A stretch of 64,000 nucleotides of DNA from Hyalangium minutum (GTDB lineage Bacteria; Myxococcota; Myxococcia; Myxococcales; Myxococcaceae), in contig NZ_JMCB01000013.1 of the NCBI RefSeq assembly GCF_000737315.1, positions 372,001-436,000 of the forward strand, read 5' to 3'. This document shows positions 57,370 through 64,000 of the stretch, one piece after another. The notes below the pieces were generated by a model. The model was not told the origin of the DNA and searched no databases. It was given only the letters and a program-made list of their open reading frames with translations. Within the stretch, counting starts at the first letter, position 1; each line of letters begins with the position of its first letter. The position numbers were made by a program, and so were the translations under genes.

Positions 57370-58754
57370 CTACGTTACGCGTTCAATTCGGAGCTTGCGT
57401 CCCTTGACGCGGCCCTCGCGAAGCCGCTGGAGCGCCATGCGCGCGGTGCGCTTGGAGACGGCCACGTAGGACAGGCGATCCTGGATCTCGATCTTGCCGA
57501 CCTCGGAGGCGTTCAGCCCTCCGGCCTCTCCTGTCAGCGCGCCGAGGATGTCCCCCGGCCTCATCTTGTCCTTGCGCCCAGAGAAGATCAGGAGCGTCTC
57601 CCAGGCTGCTTCGAGTGAGGCTCCTCGGCCAGGCCCCTCCGGCGGCAGGTCCTCCAGGCCTCCGGGAGTCAGCTTCACACCGGTGGCTTGCTCGATGGCC
57701 TCGACCTTGCGCTCGTCTCGGGAAGTGACGAGGGAGATGGCAAGGCCCGTTCTCCCCGCCCGCCCGGTGCGGCCGATGCGGTGGACATAGGGCTCGGGCT
57801 GGAAGGGGAGATCGAAGTTGATGACCGCATCCAAGGCCTCGACGTCAATGCCGCGACCCGCGACATCCGTGGCGATGAGGATCCGGGTGCTGTGATTGCG
57901 GAACGTCGCCATGACCCGGTCTCGCTCGCTCTGCTCCAGGTCTCCCTGGAGCCCGTCCACGCTCACGCCAGACTCGCGGAGGACCTGCGTCAGCTCGACG
58001 ACCGTCGCCTTGTGGTTGCAGAAGACGATACCGGAGGCCGGCTGGTACTTCCGCAGGATGCGCAGCAGGAGCGCTGGCTTCTCGTGGGGCTCGCACGTGT
58101 ACCGGAGTTGCTGGATGTCGGGAGGCGCGGTGGCCTCCGCGACCGTCACGCGCGTGGGTTTCTTCTGGAAGGTGCGGCTCAGCGCCTCGATTTCCGGGGG
58201 AAACGTGGCAGAGAAGAGCACGGTCTGCCGCGCCGCAGGGGTAGCCCCGAGGATGCGCTCGATGTCCTCCCGGAAGCCCATGTCGAGCATCCGGTCGGCT
58301 TCATCGAGCACCACGGTGGCGAGCTGGCGTGTCTCGAGCGCCTCCCGGTCGAGGATGTCCAGGACGCGGCCCGGGGTGCCCACCGCGATGTGGGCCCCCT
58401 TCTCGAGCGCGTCCAGCTGCGGCCGGATGGGCTGGCCTCCCGCGAGAATGAGCACCTGGAGCCCGTGCAATCTCCGGCCGAGCCGGCGGATCTCTCCGGC
58501 CACTTGTGCGCAGAGCTCCCGAGTCGGGCAGAGCACGAGCGCGTGGACTCGCCGCTGCTGGAGCTGAACCTTCTGCAGGATCGGAAGGGCGAAGGCCGCC
58601 GTCTTCCCGCTGCCCGTCTGGGCTTGGCCGATGAGGTCACGCCCCTGGAGCAACACCGGAATGCTCTGGGCCTGGATGGGCGTGACGGCTTGGAACTCCA
58701 GCTCTTCGAGAACCTGAAGCAGCGGAGGGGAGAGTGAGAGTTCAGCGAAGGTCA

Positions 58755-58755
<1 letters not shown>
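57370..58755 (-). CDS. dbpA: ATP-dependent RNA helicase DbpA
   Basis: Q motif, AQTGSGKT, PTREL, DEAD, SAT, HRIGRTGR, C-terminal GRKDKMRPGDILGAL RNA-binding domain. Confidence 0.93.
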
Positions 58756-59798
<1,043 letters not shown>

Positions 59799-59944
59799 CA
59801 CCGATATATAAGGACGTTCCCTCGGCGAGACCAACGTTCTGATGGTGGGCTGCATGCTCCTGTTCCGTTGACCGGTCGTCATCTGCCCGCCCGCCCCCTT
59901 GTTCGGCAACCGCGGGAGGGCCTCCCTGCTAAGGTGGCAGAAAC

Positions 59945-60526
59945 ATGGGCGTTCACGACTACCGATGCAGTGTGTGCGGTACCCCGGGCACCTATCACTG
60001 CGGTGAGAAGTCGGGCACCGAGTGCGAGCAGGAGGGGATCGGCGAGGATCAGGCCGTGCTGGACCTGTTCTTCTTCTCTGAGGAGGACGCGCCCGAGGAG
60101 GCCTCGGAGTTCGAGGAAGCCCGCTCCCGCGCCCTCCGCGTCGAGACCCGGCCCTTTGGCTACGACTGGGGAGATTGGGAGTTTGTGCCCAGCCTCAACT
60201 ACCGGGAACTCCTCATGGACGATGACGATGCCACCGGCATCTGGGCCATTCGTCCGTTCGATGAGGACGTGAGCGATGGCACCCCCGTCGCCATCGAGAT
60301 CGATCCCCAGGAGCGGGTATGGGTCGTGAACTACTGTCCTCCCTGCCACGCGTTGTTCGCGGAGCGAAAAACCCCCCAGGACGAACCCTGCCTCGAGTAT
60401 CTGCGCACCATCGCCGAGCAGCTCGAGATGGAGTTTGATGACTCGCGCGGGAGCGCGGGAAAGGCGCCGTTCATCGCGGCTGTTCGTGAACGCGTCGCCC
60501 GCCGTCGCCCGTCTGCCACCAAGTGA
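59945..60526 (+). CDS. Acidic Cys-motif hypothetical protein (possible Zn-binding)
   Basis: [22 protein letters not shown]; ends 9 bp before the helicase. Confidence 0.7.
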   Translation: MGVHDYRCSVCGTPGTYHCGEKSGTECEQEGIGEDQAVLDLFFFSEEDAPEEASEFEEARSRALRVETRPFGYDWGDWEFVPSLNYRELLMDDDDATGIWAIRPFDEDVSDGTPVAIEIDPQERVWVVNYCPPCHALFAERKTPQDEPCLEYLRTIAEQLEMEFDDSRGSAGKAPFIAAVRERVARRRPSATK

Positions 60527-60535
60527 TGACTCCTC

Positions 60536-63367
60536 GTGCGTACACCGACTGATCGCTACCTTCCTCCCGATCACGAAGCCTTCATCTCCGCTGAGCCGCC
60601 GACAGGCCGGGTCATCGTCATCGCCCCCACGAGGGCCGCGTGCGAGACCATCGAGCTGGCCATTGGGCTCCGGCTGGAGACCTACCTCGAAAAGCACCAT
60701 GGCGCGCGGGTGCGCGAGCTGGCGCGCTTAGGGAAGGGCTTTGGCATCGTGGCCGGCACCGGCACGGGCAAGACGCTCGCCATCCGTCCCATCGCCGAGG
60801 AGATTGTCGGCCGGGGAGCGCCCATCCCACTGCGGGTCGGCGTGGTGAATCGCGAGCGCGAGGCGACTCCCGAGACGCCCACCTGGAACGTCATCATCGT
60901 GACGACCGGCATCGCGCGGCGCTGGTTCCAGAACGGCGACATCCTGCCGCATGACACCCTCATCATCGACGAGATCCACCAGACCTCGGCGGAGCTGGAG
61001 CTCTGTCTCGCGCTCGGCAAGCGCGTGGGGTGCCGCTTCATCTGGCTCTCGGCCACCGTCGATCCCTCGCTCTATGCCCGCTATCTGAACAGCGCCGAAG
61101 TGCTCGAGGTCCAGGCCTTCGATCCGAAGAAAGTGGCCCGGGTCATGGTCGAGCACAAAGAGCCGCTCGCGTTCCTGGATGAGAAGTTCCTCCGCTCGGT
61201 GGAGCGGGAGGAGCGTGGCGTGGGCGTCTTCCTTCCCACCCGGGCCGCGGTGGAGCAGGCCGCCGCGCAGGTCCGCGACCACTGGCCGGGCATCCACGCC
61301 GCCTACTACCACGGCGGCGAGCCCATCCGCGCCATCCGGCCCTTCCTCGAAGGCACGGAAGAGCGGCCCTACCTGCTCGCCATGACCGCCGCTGGGCAGA
61401 GCGCGCTCAATGTGCAGGGGCTCGATACGGTGGTCATTGATGACACGCGCTTCGCCAACATCGTCGAGCGCGGCCGCAACGTGCTCACGCGCGTCCACCT
61501 CGGGAGCAATGAGATCCTCCAGATGGCCGGACGCGTGCACGGGCGCGTGGAGGGAGGCCGCGTCTTCATCCTGAGCGATCGTCACATCCACTTCGCTTCG
61601 CTCCGTCCCACGGTGCCCGAGTTCCAGCTCGCGGGGGACTCGGAGCGCGTGGCGCTCACCGCGGCGGCCCTGGGTGTGCGGGCGGATGAGCTGGACCTGC
61701 CCGTGTCGCTCGATCGCATCGCCTACCGGCGTGCGCTGCAGAAACTGCAGGCTCGCGGCATCGTCGACGCTCAGGGGAAGCTCTCGGATTATGGCCGCGC
61801 GGTCGAGGCGCTCCCGGTGGAGCGGACGTGGGCGGAGCTGATCGTCAACGGCGAGGATGGACTGATGCCCTTCCTGGCCGTGTGCAGCTCCATCGAATCG
61901 CTCCACCGCATGACGCGCGAGGAGCGCGACCTGGATGGGGTGCTGGTCCCCGGCAGCGATCACCTCACCGCCTACAACCTCTACGCCGAGGCCTACCGAG
62001 AGGCGGGCTACGTGGGCGAGGTCTACGGCCTCCCGCGCCACCTGTTCCACGCGGAGAAGATGGAGCGCTGGGCCGAGCGGCGCGGTGTGCTGGTGAAGGC
62101 CGTGGAGGATGCGGCGCTGGCGATGGCGAGCATCTACCGGAGCGTGGGGATCGATCTGCCTTCGCGCATGCCCTTCGCGGGCGAGCGGGTGTACCTACGC
62201 TTCGTCGATCTGCTTGCGCGCTTCATGCCCTTCGATCTCGTCATCGATGAGGAGACGTCGTGGAGAGAAGAGGCGCGCGTCTCGAAGACGAGCGTGTGCG
62301 GCAGCCACGGCGCGATTGCGGGGGCGCTCCGCTTCTTCGCGGACCGCCACGGTTCTACGCATGCGGCCATCGAGGGCACGCAGATCCCCATGGAGGTGCT
62401 GTGGAAGTACGCGCACCGCAGTGAGCCGGAGCTCGCGTATGACCCTCGGCGCTGGGCGCTCGTGCGCGAGTGGCGAGTGGAGCACTCGGGTTTCGAGCTG
62501 GAGCATGAAGTCCAGGTGCTCCGTGCGTGGGAGCCCGAAATGGGGGCGCGGGCCCGGCACGTGCTCGCCCAGGCGGTGGCGCGCGGGGAGTCCAAGCATC
62601 CCGCCGTGCGCCGCAACCAGCGTGCCATCGGTGAGGTTCGCGAGCTGTGGCTTCGCTCGGGCGGACGCACGGCGAAGCTGGGAGAGCATGAGCTGACGGC
62701 GCTCTATGAAGCTCAGCTCGAAGGGGTGACCACGATGGACGAGTTCCAGGCGCGCCCGCTGGAACTTGAGCTGGACACGCTGGTGCCTCCCGAGACCCGG
62801 GAGAAGCTCCTCTCGCTGCCGAGCGTCGTCCTCGTTCGCGATCGCGAGGTCGAGCTGGCGTACGAGGTGGAGCAGGACGAGGCGAGGAATCCCTTTGGGG
62901 TGGTGCGGCTCGTGCTGCCGGAGAAGCTCGCGCGCTCGCTCGTGGAGGAAGAGCTGCCAGTGCTCGACCGGCCCTTGCGCTTCATGGTGAACCGGGGCCG
63001 GCGCGGCAACCTGCGCGCGAACACGCTGCTTGAGCTGCAAGAGCTGCTCGACATGCCCTGGATGCCCGAGGAGGTGGAGGCGGCCCAGGATGACCGCCGC
63101 AGAGGCGGAGGCGGCCGTCCGGAGATGAGGCCTGGGCGGGAGTCCCGTGAGGTGGGGCTCTCGCCTCGGCAGCCAGGGCGGCACGGTCCAGGAAAGTCCA
63201 GAGACGAGGGTGAGCGGCGGGAGGGACGCCGGTCTGGAGGAGGCGGGAGCCGGCCAGGCGGGGGTAGACGCGGCGCGGCAGGAGGAGGCCGGGGACGGGG
63301 CGGCCCATCGGAGCGAGGCGGACGCGGAGGGAAAGGACGAGGAGGAACGCGGCGCCCAAAGCGCTGA
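60536..63367 (+). CDS. DEAH/HrpA-like SF2 helicase with displaced motif Ia and R/G-rich tail
   Basis: APTRAAC, GTGTGKT, DEIH, SAT, QMAGRVHGR; low-complexity C-terminus. Confidence 0.85.
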   Translation: MRTPTDRYLPPDHEAFISAEPPTGRVIVIAPTRAACETIELAIGLRLETYLEKHHGARVRELARLGKGFGIVAGTGTGKTLAIRPIAEEIVGRGAPIPLRVGVVNREREATPETPTWNVIIVTTGIARRWFQNGDILPHDTLIIDEIHQTSAELELCLALGKRVGCRFIWLSATVDPSLYARYLNSAEVLEVQAFDPKKVARVMVEHKEPLAFLDEKFLRSVEREERGVGVFLPTRAAVEQAAAQVRDHWPGIHAAYYHGGEPIRAIRPFLEGTEERPYLLAMTAAGQSALNVQGLDTVVIDDTRFANIVERGRNVLTRVHLGSNEILQMAGRVHGRVEGGRVFILSDRHIHFASLRPTVPEFQLAGDSERVALTAAALGVRADELDLPVSLDRIAYRRALQKLQARGIVDAQGKLSDYGRAVEALPVERTWAELIVNGEDGLMPFLAVCSSIESLHRMTREERDLDGVLVPGSDHLTAYNLYAEAYREAGYVGEVYGLPRHLFHAEKMERWAERRGVLVKAVEDAALAMASIYRSVGIDLPSRMPFAGERVYLRFVDLLARFMPFDLVIDEETSWREEARVSKTSVCGSHGAIAGALRFFADRHGSTHAAIEGTQIPMEVLWKYAHRSEPELAYDPRRWALVREWRVEHSGFELEHEVQVLRAWEPEMGARARHVLAQAVARGESKHPAVRRNQRAIGEVRELWLRSGGRTAKLGEHELTALYEAQLEGVTTMDEFQARPLELELDTLVPPETREKLLSLPSVVLVRDREVELAYEVEQDEARNPFGVVRLVLPEKLARSLVEEELPVLDRPLRFMVNRGRRGNLRANTLLELQELLDMPWMPEEVEAAQDDRRRGGGGRPEMRPGRESREVGLSPRQPGRHGPGKSRDEGERREGRRSGGGGSRPGGGRRGAAGGGRGRGGPSERGGRGGKGRGGTRRPKR

Positions 63368-63547
63368 GGGTGCTTTCCACAATCCCGGCAGTGTCGCGTT
63401 GAAGCCGCCCCATGGCCTCCCTGTGTCGTGAAGGCGACGGCCAGGGCCCCCCCGTGGCTCGTTCTGTCCGGTAGCGCCGCCGCCTGTGGTGTACAGGCTC
63501 GCCATCGCTGCCGTTGGACAGCAACTCACCTCGGGAGAGGAAGGGAC

Positions 63548-64000
63548 ATGCTGGAGCTTGGCCCGGAAGACATCCGCCTATGCAGTTCCGCGAAGGACCG
63601 GGACGAAGCCCTCACCCTCGTGGGTCAGGCCATGGTCGAGAGCGGCTTCGTCGAGCCCGCCTATCTCGACGCCATGCGCGGCCGGGAGAAGCTGAGCAGC
63701 ACCTTCCTGGGCAATGGCATCGCCATTCCTCACGGGCTCCCCGAGGCCCGTGGCCAGGTGCTTCGCACGGGCATCGTGGTGGTGCAGTTTCCCCAGGGAG
63801 TTCCTTGGGGCGACAAGGGCCCTGTCCATCTCGCCGTCGGCATTGCCGCGAAGTCAGACGAGCATGTCCAGGTGCTCGCCAACCTGACGGGAGTACTGGG
63901 CGAGCCCGCCATTGCCGCGAAGCTCGCGGTCACGCGCGATCGCGAGGAGATTGCGGACTACCTCAATGGCAAGAAGGCCGTCACCGTCACTCTCGAGGCG
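63548..64000 (+). CDS. PTS fructose-type EIIA domain protein (FruB-like or EIIA-HPr-EI fusion), runs off the window end
   Basis: Not in the ORF track. Manual translation MLELGPEDIRL...REKLSSTFLGNGIAIPHG...GIAAKSDEHVQVLANL. Confidence 0.85.
   Translation, partial: MLELGPEDIRLCSSAKDRDEALTLVGQAMVESGFVEPAYLDAMRGREKLSSTFLGNGIAIPHGLPEARGQVLRTGIVVVQFPQGVPWGDKGPVHLAVGIAAKSDEHVQVLANLTGVLGEPAIAAKLAVTRDREEIADYLNGKKAVTVTLEA

Overview
GC-rich myxobacterial (Cystobacterineae-like) chromosome segment; the assignment rests on MYXO-CTERM, DUSAM, GLSAN-repeat lipoproteins and myxobacterial-type Ser/Thr kinases. The first ~700 bp appear to be the right end of an element integrated at tmRNA: a 26-bp ssrA 3' duplication at 700-725 and a truncated ComJ-like gene. 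Then come secreted accessory proteins (astacin-like protease with six WxDNYLC repeats, GLSAN lipoprotein, metallophosphoesterase). A core block follows: holB-holA, metG-HEAT-tatD, YhaM-like nuclease, RlmI-like protein, dgkA, MYXO-CTERM amidase, gap-pgk-tpiA-secG-tRNA-Leu(GAG). Directly after the tRNA lies a ~7.8-kb defence cassette encoding a Type I R-M system with two different MTase subunits (NPPF + NPPY). It is bracketed by inversely oriented, compensatorily conserved 16-bp palindromes, no recombinase is visible, and it abuts a truncated DUSAM gene. Next is a kinase/Cys-rich/protease+pseudoprotease cassette bounded by kinase-5'-end repeats. A stress/RNA-metabolism block (gpx, VOC, ECF sigma, EF-G paralogue, DbpA, LLM, a DEAH helicase with motif Ia placed before Walker A) and the start of a PTS EIIA gene end the window. 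All family assignments are by eye from motifs and recalled family knowledge; no database searches were run.
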